Shown here: one piece after another, positions 1 to 9,363 of the stretch
How the letters are laid out: every line of letters begins with the position of its first letter
Position numbering within the stretch: position 1 is the stretch's first letter
Source of the DNA: Endomicrobiales bacterium
Lineage (GTDB): Bacteria; Elusimicrobiota; Endomicrobiia; Endomicrobiales; CAWCFT01
Assembly (NCBI GenBank): GCA_963794945.1
Contig: CAWCFT010000004.1
Span: 370,691-434,690 of the forward strand
Length of the DNA stretch: 64,000 nucleotides
Direction of reading: 5' to 3'
Position numbers and translations under genes: made by a program
The notes under the pieces: model-generated
Database searches by the model: none
Told to the model about the DNA's origin: nothing
The model's input: only the letters and a program-made list of their open reading frames with translations

Positions 1-106
1 AAACAGCGTCGGCTCCGGCGCGTATAGCTGTTATAAATGACTCTTTCGAGCCGACTGGGGCTAGCAATTCCATATGTGTTTCACTACGCTTTCTGGCCTG
101 TTTTGC

Positions 107-454
107 TTATCCTGCCTGCCCGCAATCCTTCATCATGTTTATCAGCTGTTTTTCATCGAGCCCAACACCGGGTTCGGCATCCAACCGTTTAACTACGGTC
201 CCCTTCTCAAAATACAGCACCGTGGGCACGGCTTCTATTGAAAATTTGTCTTCGCATCCGTCTAGGATATGGGTCATTACCCGTAAGCAGTTTTGGGCCT
301 TCGCGTGCTTCTCAAAGATTGGCAAGAACCGCCTGGAGTGAGGGCACCATGAGGCGTAGAATAGAACAAGCACACTTTTACCGCTTTTAAGGAATGCTTC
401 AAACTCTTGTTCGCTGCTTATCTCTTTGCTCATGATATTACTCCCAGCCTTCAT
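107..454 (-). CDS. Thioredoxin-family protein (monothiol CxxS variant)
   Basis: FYASWCPHS motif and the cis-Pro motif 'IEAVPTVLYF'; the start may be the second Met (433). Confidence 0.8.
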   Translation of the reverse strand: MKAGSNIMSKEISSEQEFEAFLKSGKSVLVLFYASWCPHSRRFLPIFEKHAKAQNCLRVMTHILDGCEDKFSIEAVPTVLYFEKGTVVKRLDAEPGVGLDEKQLINMMKDCGQAG

Positions 455-645
455 AATAAGTTATCACGGAAAATCATACCTTTTTCTATGTGTAAAATCA
501 ATCAGGCGAACACGATAAAATACCCCCTGATCAGCCGTTTGGCGGATAAACAAGGGGTAAAATAACTTGCACTGATGCGCGCCTGAAGGCATCAGTAGCT
601 AATATTATTCGTTAGTCTAAGCTTGACTGTAGTTTATAGGCCTGA

Positions 646-807
646 CTATTTGTTGTATTTTTCAACAAACTTCTTAATGTCTTCGATATTTTCCAATATC
701 AGCTTGGCCTTTTTTAAGCCGAACTGGAACGGAAACTTATCATCTTCTGAGTTCTTGATAACCAGCATGGGGTTGCCTTTGTATTCCGACTCTGAAACTA
801 CTGACAT
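646..807 (-). CDS. Small hypothetical protein, 53 aa (not in ORF track)
   Basis: Manual translation MSVVSESEYKGNPMLVIKNSEDDKFPFQFGLKKAKLILENIEDIKKFVEKYNK*; AGGAGG RBS upstream. Confidence 0.8.
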   Translation of the reverse strand: MSVVSESEYKGNPMLVIKNSEDDKFPFQFGLKKAKLILENIEDIKKFVEKYNK

Positions 808-844
808 GATCTACCCTCCTTTATTTACCAAACAAACTTACCAC

Positions 845-1336
845 TTATATTTTCATAAGTTCGTCTTCTATCATTTCAAAATTCTGATCGCCGAGCTTAT
901 CTGCCACCTCCTGGAATATCACGAGGTCTTCGATCTGCGCGTGTTTGCTCAAGGCCCAGATTATGTACTGGCACTTTTTAATGAAATCTATAGATAGCTC
1001 ACCCTCGCCTTTCTCCATCTCTTCCGCGATAGCCACAAGCTGCCTGAATTCCTCCATGAATTTATCGTGCTCATTTATAGTGTCTTTGATCGTATCTGCA
1101 AGTTCGCCCTCTACGCCCGGAGCGTTGAGAAGCGCTTTAAATATAATATTTTCCTTCAAAAAATGCCTGGCCATAGAAACATTAAAGAACTTGATTATCC
1201 CTTCAAGATCAAACAGGACTCCCCTGGTGTTAAAAACCTTAAGAAATCCGTTAACCACGGCCAACTGTTCGGTTATCTCGTCGTGCACATCGGTCACGGA
1301 TTTGATAATTCTCATTTTATCCATAGCTGGCTCCAA
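845..1336 (-). CDS. Hemerythrin/HHE cation-binding domain protein
   Basis: Helical protein with H...HFLKE...EH...HAQIED metal-ligand pattern. Confidence 0.7.
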   Translation of the reverse strand: MEPAMDKMRIIKSVTDVHDEITEQLAVVNGFLKVFNTRGVLFDLEGIIKFFNVSMARHFLKENIIFKALLNAPGVEGELADTIKDTINEHDKFMEEFRQLVAIAEEMEKGEGELSIDFIKKCQYIIWALSKHAQIEDLVIFQEVADKLGDQNFEMIEDELMKI

Positions 1337-1451
1337 TAAGATACACCTGTTGCTGCCGCCTAATTACGCGCTTAATTCTAACCTAAAATAAATCCCCTGT
1401 CAACACTCACAGGGATTTTGGTTTAACCAGTCTTTTGATTTTGACTTCTGG

Positions 1452-1607
1452 TTTGCCAACTGCCCGCGTTTTCGTAGCGAAAAATTGAGAATTGGAGCGA
1501 AATGCAGGAATCTGAGTCGCGGCGTAGCAGCGCTACGCAAGACGATGATTCCGAAATTGCAGCCCAATTATCAATTTTGCAGCCGAAACTAGCGGGCGGT
1601 TGGCAAA
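1452..1607. repeat. Long imperfect palindrome (MITE/REPIN-like), about 155 bp
   Basis: Ends TTTGCCAACTGCCCGC / GCGGGCGGTTGGCAAA; inner arms AAAATTGAGAATTGG / CCAATTATCAATTTT; apex GCGTAGCAGCGCTACGC. Confidence 0.75.
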
Positions 1608-1721
1608 TCAAAAGAAAAAGAGCCTTCCTTACGAAAGGCTCTTAAATCTTTAAAACGTTTTAAAGACGTTGCCCGAGGTTCGAGCCCCCAGAGGGGTCCC
1701 TCAACGGCATTTTGAAATAGC

Positions 1722-1970
1722 TTATTTTTTCTTCTTCTTTCCGCCTTTTCCACGGCGAACCATCTTCGCTCTCGCGACATCGCCTGCTTTGTCGATGAAG
1801 TAAAGGAAACCTTCTTCTTTCTTCACTCCGACTTTTGCGACCTTCTCGGGCTTACCGCCCTTCTTGCCGCCGCGGGCCATTTTCACGCGGGAAACGTCAC
1901 CGCCTTTGTCGATGAAATAGAGGAAACCATCCGCTCTTTTCACTCCAACTTTCGTCACTTTCTCTGCCAT
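1722..1970 (-). CDS. Small very basic two-repeat protein, probable DNA-binding/chromatin protein (CC1-like)
   Basis: Two copies of EKVxKVGVKxxxGFLYFIDKxGDVxRxKMxR, a Lys tail, and a GGAGGTG RBS. Confidence 0.7.
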   Translation of the reverse strand: MAEKVTKVGVKRADGFLYFIDKGGDVSRVKMARGGKKGGKPEKVAKVGVKKEEGFLYFIDKAGDVARAKMVRRGKGGKKKKK

Positions 1971-2001
1971 TTTATTTCACCTCCTTTTATTTACAAATAT
2001 A

Positions 2002-3159
2002 TTACTGCTTTTGTTTTTCTTCGTTAGTCACAGGGCCGCTGTTCTTTTCCGGGTAGACAAAAACTTTTCCCTGGTAATTCTTGACTATAACAGCCTTGCG
2101 GTTCCTGGAGATAATATATTCCGGATTTATCGGCACCTTGCCGCCGCCGCCGGGGGCGTCTATCACATAAGCAGGCACCGCGTAACCGGTCGTAAAACCC
2201 CTCAATGCTTCTATTATCTTTATTCCCTGCGTCACTGTAGTCCTGAAATGCTCGGTGCCGGCCGCGAGGTCGCACTGGTAAAGGTAATACGGTCTTACCC
2301 TGATCTTGAGCAGCTCGTGCATGAGTTTCATCATAACCGCTGGTTTATCGTTAATGCCTTTTAAAAGAACAGTTTGGCTGCCAAGCGGTATACCCGCATC
2401 TGAGAGCATCGCGCAGGCGTTTGCAACTTCAGGTGACAGCTCCCTTGGATGGTTAACATGGATGCTGATGAAAAGCGGGTGATGGCTTTTAAGCACCGCG
2501 ACCAGTTCCTTAGTTACCCTTTGAGGCAGCGTGACCGGCACCCTGGTGCCGATCCTGATTATCTCAATGTGGTTTATGGAACGCAAGCTTTTAAGCAGGC
2601 TGTCAAGCTTTGAATCAGAAAGTAAAAGAGCATCGCCGCCCGAAATTAGAACATCCCTTATCTTCTTGTTCTGCCTTATATACTCCAGCGCCGCTTCCAG
2701 TTTCGTCTCGCTCAGGTTTTCTTCCGAGCTGCCTACTATTCTGCGCCTTGTGCAGTGCCTGCAGTACATCGCGCAGGCGTCTGTTACAAGAAGCAGTACC
2801 CTGTCGGGGTAACGGTGAACAAGGCCCGGAACGACCATGTCCTGCTCTTCACCGCAGGGATCGGCCAGCTCGTGCACGCTTGTCTTGAATTCGTCAAGTG
2901 AAGGAACGGCCTGCCGCCTTATTGGGCAGTCTGCGTCATTTTTATCCATCAAGGCCGCGAAGTGCGGCGTGATCGCCATTCTGAGCCTGCCTGAAGAATA
3001 CTGGACCGCTTTCTTTTCTTCGGGAGTGAGGTTTACCCACTTTTCCAGCTCGTTTAACGTTGTGATCCTGTGCTGCAGCTGCCAGTGCCAATTGTTCTTT
3101 TCGTCTTTTTCGGATCTGGATTTTTCCGTTTTGACATCAATGGCATCGGATGAACTCAT
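2002..3159 (-). CDS. kamA: KamA-family radical SAM protein (lysine 2,3-aminomutase-like)
   Basis: HRYPDRVLL, CAMYCRHCTRRR, ISGGD, RIGTRVP, PYYLYQCD, and the PLP lysine in DAPGGGGK. Confidence 0.85.
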   Translation of the reverse strand: MSSSDAIDVKTEKSRSEKDEKNNWHWQLQHRITTLNELEKWVNLTPEEKKAVQYSSGRLRMAITPHFAALMDKNDADCPIRRQAVPSLDEFKTSVHELADPCGEEQDMVVPGLVHRYPDRVLLLVTDACAMYCRHCTRRRIVGSSEENLSETKLEAALEYIRQNKKIRDVLISGGDALLLSDSKLDSLLKSLRSINHIEIIRIGTRVPVTLPQRVTKELVAVLKSHHPLFISIHVNHPRELSPEVANACAMLSDAGIPLGSQTVLLKGINDKPAVMMKLMHELLKIRVRPYYLYQCDLAAGTEHFRTTVTQGIKIIEALRGFTTGYAVPAYVIDAPGGGGKVPINPEYIISRNRKAVIVKNYQGKVFVYPEKNSGPVTNEEKQKQ

Positions 3160-3187
3160 TGATTCCTTTTGTGTCTAAGGTAAATAC

Positions 3188-3442
3188 TCAAACGGATTCT
3201 TTGTTCTTATCTTTATTGAAAAAAGGCAGCGCCGGTTCCTCTTTCTTTGTTATTATTTTTTCTTTAAGCCATGCGTCAACTACTTCTTTTGAAAACCTGT
3301 ACTGGCGGCCTATCCTGGATGCCGGTATTTTTTGTTGCCTGATAAGGTTATATATTTTAGACTTACCAATGCCAAGATATTCAGAAAGTTCTCTGATGTC
3401 CATTACTTGTTTTATATCTTTTTGTGTTCCATTTGTTTCCAT
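3188..3442 (-). CDS. Excisionase-like helix-turn-helix DNA-binding protein (HTH_17)
   Basis: MDIRELSEYLGIGKSKIYNLIRQQKIPASRIGRQYRF pattern. Confidence 0.85.
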   Translation of the reverse strand: METNGTQKDIKQVMDIRELSEYLGIGKSKIYNLIRQQKIPASRIGRQYRFSKEVVDAWLKEKIITKKEEPALPFFNKDKNKESV

Positions 3443-3777
3443 ATTTTATCACCTTGTGTCTTGTACTTGCATCCTATGTCATAATTATAACACTATATTT
3501 TTATGTTTGTCAATAGTTAAATATTTCCATGTACTGCCATTAGGCTTTGAACAGCCTTATAATCTGCTATATTCTGCTGTTTGATAATGATACTACTTGT
3601 TTGTACTGCAAACATTATTACAACTATATGATGTAACAACAAAAACCACCCGCAAAAAGGTGGCTTATCAAAAAAGAATAAAATTAATTAATATTTCGGT
3701 GGGATTTTCTGCAGGCTTACAGGCTTATTGAAAGCCTGCAAGCCGCAAAAAATTTGTGGGTTAAATATGATATCGGT

Positions 3778-3957
3778 TTACAGATCTTCCGAACCAAGTG
3801 TTTTTTTGTTTCCTGCTAACTTTGCTTTCTCAATTGACGCCTTTACTATTTCTTCGATCTTCGCGGAGAGAGACGCCGTATAATCCGCCCCTGTCCTGAA
3901 ACCTGCTTCCTTTACCATCTTCTTTACCTTGCTTACTACAACCATAATTTCTGCCAT
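3778..3957 (-). CDS. Bacterial histone-fold protein (Bd0055/HBb-like), 59 aa (not in ORF track)
   Basis: Manual translation MAEIMVVVSKVKKMVKEAGFRTGADYTASLSAKIEEIVKASIEKAKLAGNKKTLGSEDL*; GGAGGTG RBS; pattern VVxSKVKK...LS..I......AK..G.KT...D. Confidence 0.85.
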   Translation of the reverse strand: MAEIMVVVSKVKKMVKEAGFRTGADYTASLSAKIEEIVKASIEKAKLAGNKKTLGSEDL

Positions 3958-4049
3958 TTGTATTGTTCACCTCCCTTTAACTTATATTATTTTATCGAAA
4001 ATATTTCAGTATGTCCACTTTTTTTTAAAAAAGTATCTAGGTTATGATA

Positions 4050-4865
4050 TTAAAAATTTTTAAATACACCGAATGACATGGTGTATTTCTTATAACTGTC
4101 CTGCAGTTCAAGGTAAGCCACGCTCGCTGTATATCCATAGCTTTTCTTGAGCCACTTACGGTATTTCAGCTCAACGCTTGTGACGTTACCGCTGACCTGC
4201 TGCGGAGGGAAAGCGTAGGTGGCGAGATAACCCTGCCCGCCAGCGGAACAGTTGAGATATATCCAGCTTTTGCCTTCCTGCCCGTAAGCTGCGCTCAAAA
4301 GTGTCGAACCTGAAACAAAACCGCCCGGGTCGCTCGTGTTCTGCAAATACCTGTAGGATAATATCCATTTTTCCATGTACACCGTGATACCCGGGGAAAT
4401 AACGGTGTCTAAATGTTCGTCATGCGCCTTCATGTAGGTGCCGCCGAGTGTCAGCACGATATTTTTTTTAGCGCCTACCTTAAAATTGCAATCGTTGTTT
4501 GCCCTGAACGCCTGCAGGTACGGTGAGTCTGTACCGGCGGACAAAGCCGAATAAGTGTAGAACCACGGGCTCCAGTCTCTGTAAGCTCCAGCGATGCCTA
4601 CCGCCCCGCCGCCGTCTATCCTTGAGTAAAAACCACCCTCGCAGAACCAGGTGAACCCCGTAAACGGCATCGAATAATAATCAAGCAGAACGGATTTGTT
4701 CTCTCCGTAAACATCCTTTGGAGAATACTGCTCGTAAAAAACCGTGCATTCGAGCCTGTTCTTAAAATCCTCTGTTGGCTGCACGGGGATTATCGGGGCG
4801 TTCTCTGCGGGCAAGCGCAACGCGCAGCACAACAGCACGAGGCCCATAACTATCAGTTTGTTCAT
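4050..4865 (-). CDS. YaiO-family outer-membrane beta-barrel protein
   Basis: Signal peptide, alternating aromatic beta-strands, terminal Phe, AYRDWSPWFYTY segment; last gene of a GT2 operon. Confidence 0.7.
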   Translation of the reverse strand: MNKLIVMGLVLLCCALRLPAENAPIIPVQPTEDFKNRLECTVFYEQYSPKDVYGENKSVLLDYYSMPFTGFTWFCEGGFYSRIDGGGAVGIAGAYRDWSPWFYTYSALSAGTDSPYLQAFRANNDCNFKVGAKKNIVLTLGGTYMKAHDEHLDTVISPGITVYMEKWILSYRYLQNTSDPGGFVSGSTLLSAAYGQEGKSWIYLNCSAGGQGYLATYAFPPQQVSGNVTSVELKYRKWLKKSYGYTASVAYLELQDSYKKYTMSFGVFKNF

Positions 4866-6697
4866 TTACTTTCCTTTAAGAATATTTTCTTTGCGCCAGG
4901 GTTATCGTTAACAACCATATAATAGTAATCCTCGTCCGAAGAGACCGATATATCCGCTCCTTCAGGTTGAATGTACCCGTTCCTGGGCACAGCGACAGTT
5001 ATGTCTTTTAATCCCTCGGGATTATCGATATTCACCTCAAGGCCGCCGTTTACCCGTGAAAAATAATATTCTGTCCTGAGGAACCTCATCATAAATTCCG
5101 CGAAGTAGCTCATCGGTTTTACAGTGAGATCACCTGCCCTCATACGAGCCTGCGCGTAATCTAGGAAATCGCTTATCGGCCCGGGGTAGCTTGAAATATT
5201 GTACGGGTGAGAATAGATAAGCCTCACAGTCCGGTTACTTGTTATGTAATCCACCGTTGACAAAAGCCAGTCCTTTACCTCGCGCGGCGTCCTGCCAGCC
5301 TGTTCCATTTCATAAAAAGAAGCCGAAATGCCAAGCGGCATTAAAGGGAAAGCTATAACGCAGGTAGAAATCATAACACCGTTGGAAAAAGTTCTGTTCG
5401 GAGACGAACCGCTGTCGCCCGTATAATAATAGGACCCCATACCGAGCTCTTGAAGGGCTTCCGTTGTATAAGGCTGAACATGTACCCCAACCGGCGCAGC
5501 GTATTCGGTTATATTGTAACCTGTTATAGCTTTAAGCGCGTCGTTATTCTTTTTTATGTACATCTCTACCTCAGGTTTTTTAAAAAGTCCTCTTTCTATA
5601 TTGTCCGCGAACCAGTTGTGCGCCCAGCCTCCGTGCGAACCGATAATCCCGTAACCTAGCAGCATCTCGGCGTATTTCCTGCCTTTTCCCTCCGCGTCAA
5701 ACCCGAGCCCGTCGCCCGGCTTGTCCCTGAAATCTCCTGCCGTGATGTGGAGCGAGTATTCCAACCCTTTTCTGAGGTACTTTTTTTCTATCATGAACGG
5801 AATGCTTTTGTAATCGATGTTGGCGTCTATGTGCCAGTTGATCACAAGCCCGCCTTTGCCGCGCGGGACATTTAGCAAGTGCGGCAGGTGCACAACCTTA
5901 AATGCGAATGTCCGAAGGACAGACCTCAGCGGCAGGTCATCCGAATATGCTTTAAGGAACCCTAGAGGGAGGTTGACGTACACAACTTTACCTTTGCCGT
6001 AATTTCTCAGTATCACAGCCGGCAGCCTGTCATTTTCTCCTATAACCGCGTAAGCGTAAACGTCGTCCGCGCTGAAGCCTCCCGCTGTTTCGGTGCGGGC
6101 TATCGGGTATTGAAGTGAACCGTAAACGTAACCCGTAAGAAGCTTTCCCCCGAACAATTTTCCGGGCGGTATCCCGAAATATCCCGCGGCGACATTGTCT
6201 TTGAACTGTATGCTTCCCTTTACGTACGAACGCTCCTTTAAAGTTGAATACAGCACATAATTGACTCCGCAGAACTCTGTAAAAAGTGACTCGTCCCTGT
6301 AGAAACCGCCCGGCGTTCTTACGCCGGCGTCGTAAACAAATAAGCAAGAACCGCCGGCCGCGAGGTAGCTCGACACCCATGGTTTGATATCCGGCGGCAG
6401 TGAAGAGCATATGTTGTCCGGGAAAATTATAGCCGGGCAGTTGGCTTCCAGTTCTGCAGGGTTGGCCGACAGAAGATAAGATACGCTTACGAACTGGAAA
6501 GGTATGCCTTCTTCCTCCAGTACGCTTTTGTACGCTAAAGCCTCCGGCTTGTGCGCCATCGATGCGCCGCTCGAAACCACAAGGACCCGGATGTGCTTGC
6601 TTATTTTATTGTTCTCTATAACCGAGCGGGCCGCGTAGCAAACAAGGAAAATCAAAACAGCCGCAAGCGCGGTATTCCTTAATATCTTCATGTTCAT
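4862..6697 (-). CDS. Polysaccharide deacetylase-domain protein
   Basis: N-terminal TM segment; NodB-like motifs WHIDAN, GSHGGWAH, YSHP. Confidence 0.7.
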   Translation of the reverse strand: MNMKILRNTALAAVLIFLVCYAARSVIENNKISKHIRVLVVSSGASMAHKPEALAYKSVLEEEGIPFQFVSVSYLLSANPAELEANCPAIIFPDNICSSLPPDIKPWVSSYLAAGGSCLFVYDAGVRTPGGFYRDESLFTEFCGVNYVLYSTLKERSYVKGSIQFKDNVAAGYFGIPPGKLFGGKLLTGYVYGSLQYPIARTETAGGFSADDVYAYAVIGENDRLPAVILRNYGKGKVVYVNLPLGFLKAYSDDLPLRSVLRTFAFKVVHLPHLLNVPRGKGGLVINWHIDANIDYKSIPFMIEKKYLRKGLEYSLHITAGDFRDKPGDGLGFDAEGKGRKYAEMLLGYGIIGSHGGWAHNWFADNIERGLFKKPEVEMYIKKNNDALKAITGYNITEYAAPVGVHVQPYTTEALQELGMGSYYYTGDSGSSPNRTFSNGVMISTCVIAFPLMPLGISASFYEMEQAGRTPREVKDWLLSTVDYITSNRTVRLIYSHPYNISSYPGPISDFLDYAQARMRAGDLTVKPMSYFAEFMMRFLRTEYYFSRVNGGLEVNIDNPEGLKDITVAVPRNGYIQPEGADISVSSDEDYYYMVVNDNPGAKKIFLKESK

Positions 6698-7906
6698 ACA
6701 GTTAAACCCGAGTGTTCGTTAAGGCAGTAGCCGTGAATGATCACGTCCTTGCCCAGCGTGAGCTTGGTTTTGGATATCACGGACCTCGCCTCTGTGTCAC
6801 TGCCTACTTCAGTGCAAGACGCTAAATATATTTCTTTTGCCGAATAAACATTGCCCATTATGATACAGTGTTCGCCAACATAAATATTACCGTTAGCGAA
6901 TATGCTTCCCTTGACCGTTACGGAATCGTCTATCTGCACGCTGCCGTGCGCCTTGATGTTCGACGATATCTCGCAGCCTTTGCCTATGATAAGGTCATTT
7001 TGCACTATCAGGTCGCGGTCAACTTTTGTCCCCTGCGGGATTGAAAGCGTACTCTCGTTGTTGCACCAGGCGCCGTCACATATGTTCTTAAACCCTGGCC
7101 GGGCCGGCGGCTCAGCTGAACACGTTCCGCTCGAGAACGTTATGATGGGGTTGCCGGCGATATATTTGAACCTGCAGCGCCGGCCCACTTCAAGCTTGCC
7201 CATGCATGCAACCCTTATACCAAGCGTTGAATTGTTGCCGACCTGAATGTTACCCTCAGCGCCGGCCCACCGGATGATCTTCGCGCCTTCTTCGAACAAT
7301 ATATCGCCTTTGGCGGCTGAAAGCCCTCACGATATTGTTGCAGCCCAGGTGGGCGTTCTCCGCCACATAAACTTCTTTTTCGAGAGTCACATTATCTTCT
7401 GTGTTGAGCTCCGTTTTTACGAACAGCAGTTCCCTGAAAGTGCTTCCTTTAACCAGCCTGACAGCATCGTTTACCGAAACCTTCTCGTATTTTGAGAACA
7501 AGGCGTTTATCATCCCGACCGGCGGGTCTTCACCTATGGCGTTGAAGATAAGCTGCTCGAAAGACTTTTCAAAGTACATCGAGTCTTTTGTGTATTTCGG
7601 GTCGATATTGAGCGACATCAGGTCTTTGGGCTTAAGCAGTTCCCTCAGCGCGAAATAGAATGGGAATATCAGTATGATCGAAAAGATAACTGAGAGAACT
7701 ATGAATACCCCGCCCTTTGAAAGGCCGATCTTTTTTGAGATGCTTTCCAGCTCAGCGGCGCTGGCTACGGTATAGTCCCGGCTCGAGGCCGCGTAGGTGT
7801 CGCCCCGCACGTGGTCCCGGGCCTGCCCGCAAAAGCATTTTGCCTGCGCCAGCATCAACGCGAAGGCAATTATTATTACCGCCTGTAACGCTCTGTTTTT
7901 GCCCAT
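6694..7906 (-). CDS. Membrane-anchored beta-helix (polymer-forming/bactofilin-like) protein, split by a frameshift near 7280
   Basis: Overlapping ORFs 7256-7906 and 6694-7299 with continuous hexapeptide-like repeats (IKAHGSVQI, IFANGNIYV). Confidence 0.6.
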
Positions 7907-9123
7907 ATGACTTCCCTTGTACCGAACTGGTCTATTATAGCGTCCAACGAACCAAGCGTGCAGCTGTAAAGGTTGAAAAGAAAATTAAACAGCACGAACG
8001 GCAGAAGCCTTATCCTGTCGGTGAACCCGTCCATGACCGAGGCCGTCCCTATCTGGTAGAACGGAGCGAAGTTGCCGAAGAGGTTGAACCCGGCGACCGC
8101 GAGGAATATGAAAAGGCTTTCGTATATCTGTATCTGGTCAAGGAAGAACAGTGCCGTAGCGTCGATTATTCCCAGAGATAGTATTATAGGTATTATATAT
8201 ATGGAAAGCAAAAGAGTGCCGTCTATTTTAACTTTCCAGCTGACGAACCTGGACTTCCACAACGGCGCTAGGTATTTGAACATCACCTGCGTGTGCCCGC
8301 GGGACCAGCGCCGCACTTGCCTCGCCCGGACATCCCAGTCTTCCGGCACTTCTTCGTAGCACTCCAGGCGGTTGTTGTAAATGACTTTCCACCCATTTAT
8401 TATAAGCTTGAAAGTCAGCTCGGTGTCTTCGGTAAGTATGTCCGGGCTGAAACTACCCAGGCCAACGACCACGCTTTTCCTGAAACCGCCTACGGTGCCG
8501 CCGTACTGCGGGATAAGGTTCAGGTTCTGCCTCGCCTGCTGGTCCACCTGGTAACCCGCAGAACGCTCAAGGCTTAGGAGCTTCGTCAAAAGGTTAACAT
8601 CCGAGTTATCCGGCACAACCCTGCCCATCACCGCCCCCACTTCCGGGTCTTTAAAAGACATGACCATGTCCCGCACTATCCCCCGCGGAGGCGTGTAGTC
8701 CGCGTCGAAAACAACTATTATTTCGCCCCGCGCGATCTTCAGCGCGTCGTTGATGGCGGCCGGCTTCCCTCTTTTTCCTTCATGCCTGTTCAGCGGCTTG
8801 ATGAGTTCGTACTTTGCCGCGAACTCGTCGATTATCTTTTGCGTTCCGTCAGTTGAGTGGTCGTTGACAGGTATGATCTCGAGTTTTTCCGCCGGATAGA
8901 TCATGTCCGCGAGGCACTGCAGCATGTTGCGGGCGACCTTCTCTTCATTGTGCATCGGAACAACTATCGTCACCATCGGCAGGTCAGAATCCATAATATC
9001 CTGGTGGCTCATTTTCTGTTCGGTGGATATACGGTTCATGCTGAATATAAAATGCCTCAGTATGTAAAGAAGCATTACAACCAGCGAGAACGTGATGTAA
9101 GCTTTCATTAATGTTATTATCAT
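7876..9123 (-). CDS. Processive GT2 glycosyltransferase (cellulose synthase/PgaC/YaiP-like)
   Basis: PMHNEE, DHSTD, GKPAA, FDAD, TED and QVRRW (QxxRW) motifs with TM helices. Confidence 0.9.
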   Translation of the reverse strand: MIITLMKAYITFSLVVMLLYILRHFIFSMNRISTEQKMSHQDIMDSDLPMVTIVVPMHNEEKVARNMLQCLADMIYPAEKLEIIPVNDHSTDGTQKIIDEFAAKYELIKPLNRHEGKRGKPAAINDALKIARGEIIVVFDADYTPPRGIVRDMVMSFKDPEVGAVMGRVVPDNSDVNLLTKLLSLERSAGYQVDQQARQNLNLIPQYGGTVGGFRKSVVVGLGSFSPDILTEDTELTFKLIINGWKVIYNNRLECYEEVPEDWDVRARQVRRWSRGHTQVMFKYLAPLWKSRFVSWKVKIDGTLLLSIYIIPIILSLGIIDATALFFLDQIQIYESLFIFLAVAGFNLFGNFAPFYQIGTASVMDGFTDRIRLLPFVLFNFLFNLYSCTLGSLDAIIDQFGTREVIWAKTERYRR

Positions 9124-9214
9124 TGAAATTTCCCTATTTGAAACAAATTCGAAATCCGAAGCGCGAAATCCTGAACAAACTACAAACAGAAAACAATTGA
9201 AAAGCCCTTTATTC

Positions 9215-9303
9215 TGTCATTTCGATCCGCCTCTGGCGGAGAGAAATCTTTTCTTTTGTAGAACATAAGATCCCTCACCCGCATTGCGGGATTCGGGATG
9301 ACC
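9215..9303. repeat. TGTCAT-ended palindromic repeat (empty copy)
   Basis: TGTCATTTCGATCCGCCTCTGGCGGAGAGAAATCT...AGATCCCTC...TCGGGATGAC. Confidence 0.85.
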
Positions 9304-9363
9304 AACTCATAATCGAATTGGAAGTACCCTTTAGGGTATTAGAATTTCGAAATTGTTTTTAAT

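Noticed and set aside
3188..3442. Prophage or ICE marked by an excisionase
   Set aside because: No integrase, tRNA/att site or phage genes nearby; stand-alone HTH_17 regulators are common
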